DNA of 63,673 nt, counting the filler, from Nemertoderma westbladi (taxonomy: Eukaryota > Animalia > Xenacoelomorpha): NCBI GenBank assembly GCA_032718475.1. It is 4 parts of 4 records of this genome, joined end to end, with 100 filler letters (N's around TTAATTAATTAA, not from the genome) between each part and the next. Parts side by side here need not be neighbours in the genome. Positions count along the whole stretch, not along the records: positions 1 to 21,315 come from JAUCBJ010007189.1; positions 21,416 to 40,875 come from JAUCBJ010005567.1; 2 more parts are not named here. One strand, given 5' to 3'. The notes below the pieces were generated by a model. The model was not told the origin of the DNA. It did no database searches and was given only the letters and a program-made list of their open reading frames with translations. Below, one piece after another: positions 11,648-23,524 of this stretch. Position numbers and translations under genes: made by a program. Numbering within the stretch: position 1 is the first letter of the stretch; each line of letters begins with the position of its first letter.

Positions 11648-13687
11648 AGCCTCGCGGGCCAACGTACCACCACGCAACCGCCCATCAGGAAACCGACGCA
11701 ACCGGAACCCCACATCGGCTTCGCGTTGCACCAACTGTTGCTACCCACCCCACGGACCCAGTGAATCCTGCCCCGGCACCAACGCCCGCTGCCGCCACTG
11801 CAACAAATTGGGCCATTACAACAGGATGTGCCCTCGCCAACGCGAGCCCGAGTTCCACGCTGCAGACGTACCACCCTCCCACCATCACACAGAGGAGGAC
11901 GCGGCCTATTCTGGCACTGCCGAGGTGTGCACGATCCTTTCAGGCACTGAACTGGTGAGCGCCCCCATCATTTCTGCCTTAGAGCAACTGGAGGCTCTTG
12001 AAACGGTGACCGTGGGCCTCCAAGTCACCAGGAACCCAAAGTTTGGTTTCAAGGAGCTCCAGTTCCTCCCGGACTCCGCCGCCAACATAACTGCCATCCC
12101 TTTCCAGATCTTCTTGGCGTTTGGTGGGACCACCGCTAACCTCCGCCTAACCAACTCGGCGATCCAACCACCCCAATTAGCCAATGGCAGTCGTTCAGGG
12201 TGGTTATTCAAAGGAGTATTCCAGGCGACCATCCAGTGCCACTCGCTGCATACAGCTTGCACCACGGAAGTCTGGGTCCTGGACAGCCTACACCAGCCAC
12301 TGCTATCCCGCAGAACTTGTTTCCTTTTAGGCATCCTCTATAGCCTGATTCTCTGTGGCGGCCAGCCACCCACTCGCAGCGCAGCCCTGCCACAATACGC
12401 ACCAACCACCAGCCACACCCTGCAGGCACAGCAGCCACCTCCAACTCCCACCACCCAGTCACGACCTCCCGTTACTGGGCCGCCACCGGCGCTGTGGGAG
12501 TCCCTCGTTGCCAGGTTTCCCCGCCCTCTTTCAGGGGTTTGCAGGGTGATGCGGGGTGGCGACATAACAATTAAATGGTGCCTGGGGAGAAACCCTTCTT
12601 CCGCTACACGAACCGTGTTATCCTCGCCAACCTCAAGACTGCCTTTGAAAAGGAGCTGGACGAGCAGGTCGCCATGGGAATCCTGGAGCCGGCAGACGTT
12701 GAGAACGACCCGAGTGAGTGGCTCAGCCCCATGGTAGTAACCCGGAAAAAGGACGGAACCTCGGTCCGGATTACAGTCGACCTCCGGGAGCTGAACCGCC
12801 ACACCGTCCGGCCCGCCTACATCGCGCCGTCCCCCTTCCAGGTTGTATCCCGCATCCCCACAACGCGCGCTGCTTCACGATCCTTGATGGACTTAAGGGG
12901 TTCCACCAGCTCGGCCTCGACATAGCCAGCCGGAAGCTGACAACCTTCGCAACCCCACATGGTCGCTACCGATACCGCCGATGGGGTGGCATGGCAGTTT
13001 GGATATGTTCAACGCCCGAATGGCCAAGGCACTCCACGGCATCCCCAACATCGACCGAATAGTTGAGGACATCCTCATCTATACGGACTCCTTAGAAGAA
13101 CATGCGGAGGCCGTTGCCCGGGTCCTCGCTGCTGCGATGCCGCCGACATTTCTATCAACCCCAGGAAAGTGCAATTCAGCCTTCCTGAAGTGAAGTTTGG
13201 CGGCTACATCATCTCACACGGCAGGTACAGGATAGACCCGGAACTTACGGATGACCTTCGCCACTTCCCGACTCCCACGTGCCGGAAGGAACTCCGCTCA
13301 TTCCTCGGCCTCGCCCAACAGCTGGGTAACTCCACAGCCGAGATCACCCAGCTGGTGGAGCCACTACAAGGCCTCAACTCCAGCCACTCAGCATGGCTGT
13401 GGCTACCTCAACACCAGAAGGCGTTTGAGTCGACCCGGGCAGCCCTGTCCAGCCCCCACTTCCTCTCTGGATTCCACCCTGACCGCCGGACAGAACTCCT
13501 CACGGACGCATCCCGCATTAACGGCCTCGGGTTCCTTCTCTGCCAGTGTGACTCAAGTGCAAACCGCTGGCTCACGGTCCAGCGTGGCTCCCGGACCCTC
13601 GCCAAACACGAGGCCAACTGGTCTGGGATGGCCGAATTGGAGGCCCTCGGTGCGGCCTGGGGGGCCCACAAGTGTCGTTACTTTCTC
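11648..13687 (+). pseudogene. Gypsy gag zinc knuckles, protease, RT and RNase H; multiple frameshifts
   Basis: CTNC..HGPSESCP..CRHCNKLGHYNRMC; FLPDSAAN; EWLSPMVV..RITVDLRELN; LDGLKGFHQ; IVEDILI; LLTDASR; AELEALG. Confidence 0.92.
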
Positions 13688-14860
13688 TGTAAAAGCTTTT
13701 GCGGACATAACAAGCCATTTTTCTCCGCAATATACCGTGTAGGTATTTTAGTGGACATAACAAGCGATTTTTACCCGCTATGTCTGCATGTGTGCTTTAG
13801 CGGACATAAAAAGCCATTTTTGCCGCAATGCGCATAATACTCTAAGGACTGGAGCTCAGATGACGACATCTATCAGCTGATTTACTGTCGACATGTAGCT
13901 TTTGGTTCTTTGTTCGGCTCAGCCAGTTCGGCCAATCAGAGCGATTTTCATTTTATGTGTGCTTTAGCCTTATGATGACCGTGCTAGGCATGTCAGTGTC
14001 AGTGTTGTATTTTTCTAAGCCCAGAACACCGGCTTAGGATTCTTCTGTGCTTCTGTAGAAGTTTCAGACTTTGGCCAGAACATTAGATGGCTTTGATTAT
14101 CGAAACGTAAAACTATTACCTGACCAACTACTGAATCAATGCAACGCAACATATCAACACTGCAACACTGCACTGCTGCATTCACCGCATTATTTTACTT
14201 CTGTTATTAATTACTGTTAATTGGTGTATATTGTTGTTATATTTGGAGAACACCGATAAAGAATCATAAAACCCCCAATCTTCTTGATTACTGAAGGTGA
14301 GAGGACAGGTTACCGGTAGCAATTGCGACTTACATTATAGTGGTTTTGTGTGTATCAAATGCTATTTCATAATCCCTACATGTGTCAGTTGCTATCCTCC
14401 TTATATATGATCAAATTCAGTGACGGTCGGCAGATCAGTGTGAAGTAGTGTGAAGTCGTGTGAGGTAGTGTGACTGGTAATAAAGCATCTCCTAAAGAAT
14501 GCGCCTTTTACGAAACTCCGTAGCCATCTAGTTGTGATTAGTATAAGTCATAACTCTGTTTTATATATTTAAAGCGCCATGTCCTAAAGGAACTGTTGAT
14601 ATTTCCCCGAAAGTGAATAATATTGTCAGAGATTATATAGTAACGATCAATCGAATAATACAGTAGGTCTGCACCGCAATAAGATCAAAGCATCCGAATC
14701 CAGTCTCCCTTAACAGTGGGTGAATGATCGCGCATAGACTGGTTTCGGCTAATGTTACTTTATGTGTACTAAATATTTGTTATAGGCCAAGGTCGATTTG
14801 TAAACAAGAGGCCACCTAAAATTGGCAGGTTAAACTGCTAAAGGTCTGAAAGCACGAACA
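13688..14860 (+). repeat. Element C 5' LTR (1173 bp; three ~50-bp gcggacataa repeats at the start)
   Basis: Colinear with 18181-18970 apart from indels. Confidence 0.88.
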
Positions 14861-14871
14861 GTAATAGTTTT
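14861..14871 (+). promoter_or_regulatory. Non-tRNA PBS of C (GTAATAGTTTT), complementary to LTR site 14109-14119
   Basis: Abuts the LTR end; 11/11 complementarity to AAAACTATTAC. Confidence 0.78.
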
Positions 14872-16625
14872 GTTAGTTTCTTTATTGCACTGTAGGCAAT
14901 AAAGTCGAGGTACCGGTCAAACGGTAAGCTGTAGGCCTAACTGCCCAACTGCCCGAACCGGTACTTAAAAGGTACAACAGTATTATTCGATTTTTGATAT
15001 TTATATACCGGTAGGTCTTGATATTTAATCAGGGACGGCCGCCCTGGTTTTTTATTGGGATTTTACTTATTTCTGTCAGTCTTATTTATCTGTAAGTATA
15101 ATATTGAGCAGAGGGCGTGTAAGCCTGCTCAGATTGTATAGATAATTTGTAGGCTGGATTGTTGTCTAGCTGTTGTTAAGTTTGAAGGGATTGCAGTGTG
15201 TGTAGAGTGTATGTCCGATAAAGTACTAGTTAGGAAAGTAGGGGCATCTTGAGTTGTAAGGTAAATCCCCCCCGAAAGAATAAGTCGTACTACTCGGTTA
15301 GAACGCATACTAACTAACCATTTCGGAGTCTGCATATACTGTAGTTTATTTAGGCTTGACAGTAGTCTGCCAGCATTTGGTCTGTATTTTGTTTGTATAG
15401 TCTGCACGGGTAGCGTAATATTTATTATTCAGAGTTTATGCAAGTATTCGCAACCTTCAAACTCCCCCAGTTTATTCCTACAGTAATTGTGCTTGTTATA
15501 CATACCGTTATAGTTAAATTAACCCCGGTACTACATCAGGGCTGCTTGGCGTAGGTAAAGACTGGTGATTTTATGCTCTAGTCACTCCAGCAGATACCGT
15601 AGTTCTTTAGCTGTTCAAGTATATTTAACTGCTGGTTATTTGTTATATAAGTACTTGTACCTAATCTAATATTTTCCGAAGGTAATTTAGTTTGTAGGCA
15701 GTATATTTGTGTTGTAAAGTGGTTAATAGGCACGTTAGCTCTGGTTGGCTGCGGTAATTAACTTCTAGGTAAGGACACTCCGGGTACATAACGTAGTACT
15801 TATAGTGCTGTAGAGCAAAAAGACTATAAGTCGTCAGACGGTGGTAATTTCTTATCTGGACAACACAGTGTATTTACTACTGCTTAATTATTTTCAAATA
15901 CCGTAGTATCCTGTCAGTTTGTAATAACCAGAAATTCTAACTCCTTGTTAGACTGGTTTGTAGATTCCCTGTAAAACTACCCTAAAATATGTACGTGTAA
16001 TTTGTCATTGTTTATTTAGAGATTGTAATCTCACCCCATAATTGTAAGTAATTAGTAGTGATAAGTAACTTAGTAAAGTAGAATTATTTGTTTTAGTGTC
16101 CAACAGGTAGCACTCCACTGAGAGCGTTTAGCTTCTGTGTAGTGACCCCCTTAACCAGAAATAATAACATTTATTTCAAATATTGGCAAAACCCTTGTAC
16201 GGGTACAAATATATTATAAATCAATTCAAACCGATTTATAAAATAGTAGGCCTGTTATACATTAATTAGTTCTTAATATCAGTTGGGCTACTGCTTAATA
16301 ACAGTAATAAAGTAAAGGAAAGTAACCTTTAAATTCAGAAATTCAGTTATTATAAAATAATTAACATTACCGGTATTTAAGGTAGGCTTATTATATATAT
16401 TTATAAATCTAGGCTGAAATTATATACCGGTATTCTGTAACTAAACCTAGTTTGTAACAATACTTATATATACTATAAGTGTATACCGGTATTCTAATAT
16501 AATATATATCGCGTTACATTGAGTAATGGTATCGGTAATTGATCATTAGGCTTACAGTGATACTGAATTACTAGACTTGCTTTAACTGTCGTTATAATAG
16601 TAGGCATTCAACTGTATAATCAAGC

Positions 16626-18103
16626 ATGGCTGACAAAAGGCAAACTCTGTCAGATAGTCTCCTAGAAACAACTGTCTGCGACTCCGACAGGAGTATTGAA
16701 CGTTTGACACCGAAGTTCAAGTCCCCTCCTACTGTAAGAAAGGTCATCCCTCCAGTAGTAGTATCAGATCCTAGACTAGTAAAGCACCGTAGGTCTATCA
16801 TAGGCACTCGGGCTCAAGTCAAGCAAGAACAAGAGGCAGCTGTTAAACAGCAGCAACATCCGAACCAAGAACTTATTTCTCAGCGGACCGATAGCTCCAG
16901 TAGTTCAGATACTGTGGAGTTGACGCCCGAGATCGGAGCAGAGATAGCAGAGGCGGTTTATTCGGATCCCCTTCTCATTCTTCCTGAAGCTGTATTCACT
17001 AGGGTATTGATTGCGGTGGAGGAACATCAAATCGATTGGGCGAGAAGTAAGCGATCAACTAAGGACAGTTATGCGGGATACACGAAGGAGGAACTGAAGT
17101 CGATTGTCAAGACGCAATGGAACTTCCCCGGACCCGGACTCCCGTTTAACTTATCGGAAGCTGCCTGTAGCCGCCTCCCGTTTAACTTATCGGAAGCTGC
17201 CTGTAGCAGCCTGCCTGTAGCTGCCTGCCGGTGCCTGAGGATGGGAGTGGTAAATTGGAGATCTATTGTGCGTATTGTAGACTCAATAACTTACACATCT
17301 TCGCAGTCTGCCCTCAATTTATGACTCAATGCCATCATTGCCAGTTTAAAGGACACACAAGTTTCGATTGCCCTTTCAACCGAGATCTAGAAAGTGTAGA
17401 CGAAATGGTTGCCCTTCACTATATTCTTGCCTGGGAAGCTAACGCAGATCTCCATTGCGAATCACGTCATCGGTACTACCCTGGACGTGCCTATGAAGGA
17501 GTCTATGCGTTTCACCCATATCTCTTTGCTTCGGTTGAGCAAAAATCTCGCACACCTAGTTACGAGTTAATGAAGCGTGTTGGCGAGAATATTTCGACCA
17601 AATTTGTTCGCAAGTACCTTAGGAATATTAATCCTAACGACCTTAATTCCTATAACTTGATCAACTTCATCCGTCAAGATCCTGAATATGGTGACTTGTG
17701 CATCAACTCGCATCCAGAACTACAAGAAGTTCATAGACGACCCTATGAATATAGAGCCCGAGAACGCGAGTTGGAAAGAACCATCAAACCGAGGAAATTT
17801 CTCACTACTCATGGTCCGCCTACCGCTCTCGTGCAAATGACCCGTCAGGGACCAGTAAGAGCTGCTGTCCTGAAACGCGCTCTAAAGGTTGTTCGACCTC
17901 ATTCCACTGAGGTTGATATCGATCAACCGGGTACCTCAACCGGCGGATACACCGACCGTAACCCTAAACCTTCCGATGCAATTGTATTGCACCCCTCACC
18001 CAGGAGTTATAGCCCTCCTAGTAAAGTGGCTCGCCCCAAAGAGAAAAGGACTCTTACTAGCCTCAAAAAACTTCGTAAACGCCGTTCACATAAGAAGGAC
18101 TAA
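16626..18103 (+). pseudogene. ORF-Z homologue (~475-487 aa if repaired) with double CCHC module; split by a 14-nt duplication
   Basis: ORFs 16626-17324 and 17231-18103 join in frame if one ctgcctgtagc.gc 14-mer is removed; YCAYCRLNNLHIFAVCPQFMTQCHHCQFKGHTSFDC; basic C-terminal tail. Confidence 0.8.
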
Positions 18104-18180
18104 TAGTTTAGAGTATTTTTGTATTTTAGAAACTGTGATTTTTATATTTTATAAACTTAAATCCCATTTTCGGGGAGTGG

Positions 18181-18970
18181 TATAAAAGCTTTTGCGGACA
18201 TAACAAGTCATTTTTCTGCAATGCGCAGAATACTCTAAAATAGCCCTGAATTTGTCCAACTACGCGACGGGAAGGAATTGGAGCTGGTGTGACGACATCT
18301 ATCAGCTGATTCTCTGTGGACGTGGAACTTTTCTTTGTTCTGCCTATTCAGCCAATCAGAGCGATTTCCCCCCTTATATCTGACAGAGGCCTATGGAAAC
18401 TCGCGCAATCTTCTTGATTACTGAAGGTAAGAGGAACAGGTTTACCGGTAGCAATTGCAACTGACATTATAGTGGTTTTTGTGTGAATTAAATGCTATTT
18501 CATAATCCCTACATGTGACAGTTGCGATCTTCCTTATATATGATCAAATTTAGTGACGGTCGGCAGATCAGTGTGAAGTAGTGTGAAAGATAATAAAGCA
18601 TCTCCTAAAGAATGCGCTATTTATGAAACTCAGTGGCCATCTAGTTGTGATTAGTATAAGTCATAACTCTGTTTTTATACTTAAAGCGCCACATCCTAAA
18701 GGAACTGTTAATATTTCCCCGAAAGTAAATATATTGTCAGAGATTATATAGTAACGATCGATTGAATAATACAGTAGGTCTACACCACAATCACTATCAA
18801 GGAATCCGAATCCAGTCTCCCAAAACCGTGGGTGAAAGGTTGCGCACAGACTGGCTTCGGCTGATTAACTCCAGTACACTAAGTAATTGATATAGGCTAA
18901 AGTCGATTTATAAACAAAAGGACAACTAAAATTGGCAGGTTAAATTGCTAAAGGTCTAAAAGCGCGAACA
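18181..18970 (+). repeat. Element C 3' LTR (790 bp, internal deletion, diverged)
   Basis: Homologous to 13688-14860 but lacks about 13975-14275. Confidence 0.88.
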
Positions 18971-19208
18971 GAGGTCGGCCCCCACCCAGCGCTGGCTCAG
19001 GCACAGCCACAAGCACCTACCCCACCTGTGGCGCCCCCTAACGGTACCCCTACCCACACCCGATCGGGGAGAACCATCAGACCTCCCCAACGCTATGCAA
19101 ATAGCGACTATAAAAAACTATCGCATACTACTGTATTAAATAAACACGTTACCAAACTCACTACAAAGCGTACTCGTAACCCCCACCCCACCCACCACCA
19201 GGGGGGTA
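18971..19208 (+). pseudogene. Gypsy pol extreme C-terminus, 3' UTR and PPT
   Basis: TRSGRTIRPPQRY is the typical Gypsy integrase tail motif; agggggg precedes the LTR. Confidence 0.8.
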
Positions 19209-19317
19209 TGTGTAATCCCGATATACTGTACGTGTTTGAAGGCCTTATATATATATATATCTTACCAGTTAGATTTATTACGCCATACTGACTTATGATT
19301 ATTATACAGATTACACT
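19209..19317 (+). repeat. Gypsy 3' LTR (109 bp)
   Basis: Differs from the 5' LTR only in the (TA)n tract. Confidence 0.95.
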
Positions 19318-19982
19318 GTAAACAATTTCATATGGCGGGTTACAGTGTTTCTTTTTGGGGCAGATCTTAGCCTACGCAAAGTTATTGGTGACCCATAGGC
19401 TCCCCTCTATTGGCTGTAACCGTAGGTAAAGTGTCGAATACTATTAGTATTGTACGAAATTACAATGTCCGAGTGGATACAGTGCATAATAGTGATTGGC
19501 TGCTCAGGTTCAAATCAGGCTAAAGGGTGTATCAATTTCGCATTGGTGTGCCCCACAACCCCCCCCCCCCCATAATAATCAACATTGACATTAAAAGCAA
19601 TGACTCGAATTAATACCGCACTGATATGATTCATATGTAATATTAAAAATAAGGAGATTATCATAAAAGTTACCGATAGATCTTGATTAATCATAAATTG
19701 ACACGTCACGTGACATATAAAGTCAGAAAGTGATTGACAGATTGATGTTAAATAATTTCAAAATTATCAATATCAAAATATATTACCGTATTATGATTTT
19801 AGTATTGGCGACAAACCAGTCTTAGTTTGAAACTCTCTTGTTCAATTTACGCTCCTATGACTCTCTAGGTCACTGATGTTAAGGCAAAGTTAGAATGTCC
19901 GAATGAATGAATTCTGAATGAATGAATTCTCCGGCGAATTTGCCACATTGCATCATTTCTTATAAGCCACTGTAAACAGAGG

Positions 19983-20136
19983 AAGGGAGATCGCTCTGAT
20001 TGGCTGAAATATATGTCAACAAATAAGATTCCTCACACAAAGGAACAGCTGGTAGATTTTGTCATTCCAACTCTGAGTTTTTTGACAGACACGTAGTTGT
20101 ACAAATTTTATAAGCCATTTAGAGTATTTAGCGCAT
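19983..20136 (-). repeat. Diverged fragment related to the C-family LTR U3
   Basis: Reverse complement atgcgc.aatactctaaa..aatttgt.caactacg..cagctg..tcagccaatcagagcgat parallels 18221-18370. Confidence 0.7.
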
Positions 20137-20269
20137 CTCTCTTGTTCAATGTATTTTTCGGGTTATTTGATTGGCATCACAATCCCTCGGGGTTTAATAG
20201 ACTCAGCATTCGATCGATCTCGTAATTCCGAGTTTAATCAACTTCGTTGCCATCGTTCCGGGTATAACT

Positions 20270-20422
20270 GTATAATACAGTAATAGACACCATCGCCACC
20301 GTTCCGGGTTTAATAGACTCTGTTGCCATCGTTCCGGGTTTAATAGACTCCGCCGCCATCGTTCTGGGTTTAATAGACTCCGTCGCCATCGTTCTGGTTT
20401 TAATAGACTCTGTCGCCATCAT
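20270..20422. repeat. 30-bp tandem repeat, ~5 copies
   Basis: Unit gggtttaatagactccgtcgccatcgttcc. Confidence 0.9.
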
Positions 20423-21315
20423 TCCTTTTAGAAGTAAAAGTGTCTGAGTCTGTACTCCCAGATATTCCCATTGGCGATATCTCCTTTGCAGAAGTGAAGG
20501 CTGCTGCAAAGAGCATTAAGACCAATCGTGCCAGTGGAGTAGATGGTGTTCCCCCTGAGGTCTTTAAAATACCTGAGTGTTTAAAGCTCATCTATCCCAT
20601 CATAGTAGACATGTACCGTACAACAAGAGTCCCACAAGAAATGAAAACAAATAAGTTGGTGCCAGTTCCCAAGAAGGGCAACCTAACACTCTATGGTTCT
20701 TTTCGGGGAATCTCATTGATCTCGATTGCTGCAAAACTATACAATAGAATTCTATTAAATCGCATCAGGGATCCCATTGAGAGACTGCTACGTGGAAATC
20801 AGAATGGGTTCCGTAAAGGTCGTGGGACCATGGAGCCCATTTTGGCACTTAGAAGGATAATTGAAGAGTTATCAAAAAAGAAAGACAGGCATCTGGCTGT
20901 TATCTTTGTTGACTTCTTCAAGGCCTTTGATTCAGTCTCTCGCTCACGTATGTTCAGCATACTTTCATTATATGGGATTCCTGATGAAATTATTGCAGCA
21001 ATCAGATCAGTATACGATGGTTCGACAACATTTGTGTCTACTGTTGACGGTGACACAGAACCATTTGAAGTGTTATGGGGCGTCCTCCAAGGAGACACAC
21101 TTGCACCATTCTTGTTCATAATTGTGGTTGACTATGTTCTACGCATGTCCTTAGATCATCATAATGATGATGGGGTGATGATAACTCCACCTACTGGCTC
21201 CAGAAGTCGAGGAAATCCTGCCAAGTACCTAACTGATCTAGACTTTGCTGATGACTTAGGAGTACTCTCAGAATCATTAGAGGGAGCCCAGCGGCTCCTC
21301 AGCTCATTAGAACAT
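20423..21315 (+). mobile_element. RTE-clade LINE reverse transcriptase core, open frame, truncated by gap
   Basis: RASGVDG, PVPKKGNL, RGISLIS, NQNGFRKGR, FVDFFKAFDSV, GVLQGDTLAPFLF, DLDFADD. Confidence 0.95.
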
Positions 21316-21415
21316 NNNNNNNNNNNNNNNNNNNNNNNNNNNNNNNNNNNNNNNNNNNNTTAATTAATTAANNNNNNNNNNNNNNNNNNNNNNNNNNNNN
21401 NNNNNNNNNNNNNNN
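21316..21415. other. Assembly gap with artificial TTAATTAATTAA linker
   Basis: N44-TTAATTAATTAA-N44. Confidence 0.97.
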
Positions 21416-21825
21416 TAACAAAGTATTTCCTAAAGAATACGCTTTATACTTTAATCATAAGCAGTATCGTTGCGTCTTAGTATAAGTCTTAGTTCTGTTT
21501 AAATAGATAAAGCGCCACGTCCTAAAGGAACTGTTAATATTTCCCGAAAGCCAATAATATCTGTCAGAGATTAATTATTAACGATCTATCGAATAATACA
21601 TTAGGTATACACTGCAACCTTACACTGTAATAATACAATTCAAGCATCCGAATTCAGTCTCCCGGGTGTAGATCCATCGGGTGAATGATCGCGCATGGGC
21701 TGACTTCGGCTAATGTTTTGCGTATTAGCATAAATTATTGTCGTATGCTAAAGTGGTTTTAATTAACTAAAAGACATATAAATTTTGGCAGGTTAAACTG
21801 CTAAAGGTCTTCAAAAGCGCGAACA
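21416..21825 (+). repeat. 3' part of a C-family LTR (solo or 3' LTR)
   Basis: cctaaagaat..aaagcgccac.tcctaaaggaactgttaatatttccc..ggcaggttaaactgctaaaggtct..aaagcgcgaaca; not followed by GTAAT. Confidence 0.88.
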
Positions 21826-22054
21826 ACGAGTAAAATCACAGTGCAGTGAACAATAACAAGGGAGTGTGGTGCAATATGACACATGACAAATATGACAAAT
21901 AATATTGTTGAAATTGTAAGATTAAAATATTTAAACAATAGTAGGTACAGTTGTGGAGATTATTGATTTTATTGTACACAAGATAAAGCGTCGGTATGTC
22001 AAAATACGATGCTATAATATAAGCTAAGCCCCAGTTCGATGGTTCTTAGATCAA

Positions 22055-22822
22055 CTAAAGGTTTCGTTCGGGTTTTAATTTGTAAAAATCCAGTAGTACA
22101 GCATGCTTCGCTACGAAGTTTCCAATGGGATAGTTGAGTAAGCTCCTAACATATAATACTGCATATTGTTCTTTAGGGGTCCTGGTACAGAAATTATCTT
22201 TCACACCCTGCTTTATACATTTAATGCTGTACCGACAAGTCGATAGTGAGGTGATGGATGGTAGTCCCAGCTCCCATGCAGCCATGTTGTAAGTTGCAAA
22301 TACTGGACATTCAGAGCTTCCAGACAAATGGTTGCACAGCAGATATGTTGTCAGGAATATTAGTTTGCGGTTCTCGCAGTTGAACATATTGTATAGGAGA
22401 GCTAGGTTTTTCATGAGAAGGTGAGACCTGATATCACCTTGCCTCATTAGGGATTCTATAGCGTAATTGGAGATATAGTTGCCACATTTGAGGATTCTCC
22501 TGATAGCTTTATGCAATATGTCTATAACCTTAACTATGTTGAATTCACATCTCCCGTATGTCATGGGTTCGATCCCTGCATGAACCAGGGCAGTTTTCGT
22601 TCGGTCAGCAATAGGCCTAACGTTGCAAAATGCAGTATTATTGCCTAGTAACCAATTCATGGCTACCATATGGTTTTCACTTTGAACCATTTCGCCCTCT
22701 AGCGGCAGACTGGGAACTTCAGAATACTCTGTGACTCTGCAAAAGATATAGCCCATATTGTAATAGATATCGATTGGGGGGTCAAAATTAAGTAATAATA
22801 TATCTAAATAAGTCTCAAACAT
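22055..22822 (-). CDS. 255-aa ORF; C-terminal half resembles the post-RT region of non-LTR retrotransposons
   Basis: AIRRILKCGNYISNYAIESL..IRSHLLMKNLALLYNM..LTTYLL..ELGLPS pattern; no RT core; 5' end overlaps a tandem repeat. Confidence 0.4.
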   Translation of the reverse strand: MFETYLDILLLNFDPPIDIYYNMGYIFCRVTEYSEVPSLPLEGEMVQSENHMVAMNWLLGNNTAFCNVRPIADRTKTALVHAGIEPMTYGRCEFNIVKVIDILHKAIRRILKCGNYISNYAIESLMRQGDIRSHLLMKNLALLYNMFNCENRKLIFLTTYLLCNHLSGSSECPVFATYNMAAWELGLPSITSLSTCRYSIKCIKQGVKDNFCTRTPKEQYAVLYVRSLLNYPIGNFVAKHAVLLDFYKLKPERNL

Positions 22823-23100
22823 CTTGCCTCATGGCTCGCCCCTTAGAACTCTTAAGCAATATAACTTCATAGTTTTGCGGATTGTAAATAACAAAGCTAG
22901 AGAAGATGTTAATTTTCAAATAATACGCCCTCTAGCGGCAGACAGGGGAACTTCTGACTACTCTATGTCTCCGCAAAAGATATGGCCTATGCCGTAGTAG
23001 ATGCCTACCGAGTTTAAACCTATTCGGAATGAAAATAACAAAGTTAGAGATGATGTTAATTTTCAGATAATACGCCCTCTAGCGGCAGACTATGGAACTG
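22690..23100. repeat. Diverged tandem repeat (~147-bp unit) with invariant cgccctctagcggcagac core
   Basis: Cores at 22693, 22926 and 23073; flanks are also repeated. Confidence 0.8.
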
Positions 23101-23299
23101 CAGACGGTTGGATATAGGTAAGAGTAATTAGTAATCAGAGGTGTCGAGAGGGGGGCGGGGCGCTTGGATACAACTATTATTAATAAGCTGTTGCTTGGTT
23201 AAAGCTAATTGGGGGTTAAAGGTCAACGATAAAGCTGTCTGGATATAGATAAGAGTAATATAAAAACTAATTAATCTAAAAATAGAAATCAATGTATAA

Positions 23300-23500
23300 A
23301 GTAAAAGTAATACTATTAATTAATTTAAAATAAAGTACAAATTAATAATTAATTTAAAATTAAATACAAATAAATAAAGTAAAATTAAATACAAATAAAT
23401 AAAGTAAAATTAAATACAAATAAATAAAGTAAAATTAAATACAAATAATTAATTAAAATTAAATATAAATATTAATAAATAGGTATTAATAAATAAAAGA
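23300..23500. repeat. AT-rich 25-bp minisatellite
   Basis: aaataaataaagtaaaattaaatac units. Confidence 0.8.
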
Positions 23501-23524
23501 GCCGCGGTGTCACTTATGACACCC

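Larger units (their letters stand above)
13688..18970 (+). mobile_element. Element C: pol-less LTR element carrying only an ORF-Z homologue; probably chimeric
   Basis: LTRs 13688-14860 (TGTAAAAGC..GAACA) and 18181-18970 (TATAAAAGC..GAACA), PPT ggggagtgg at 18172-18180, no TSD (TTCTC vs GAGGT). Confidence 0.88.
6781..19317 (+). mobile_element. Ty3/Gypsy (Mag-like) LTR retrotransposon with very short LTRs, host of nested elements B and C
   Basis: LTRs 6781-6887 and 19209-19317; TSD GTAAA (6776-6780, 19318-19322); PBS at 6888; PPT agggggg before the 3' LTR; gag, protease, RT and RNase H remnants. Confidence 0.95.

Noticed and set aside
15828-15870. SDGGNF, an integrase-like motif in the C leader
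   Set aside because: Too short, flanked by stops, no other pol motifs nearby
21360-21371. Palindromic TTAATTAATTAA occurring three times
   Set aside because: Artificial six-frame stop linker centred in N gaps
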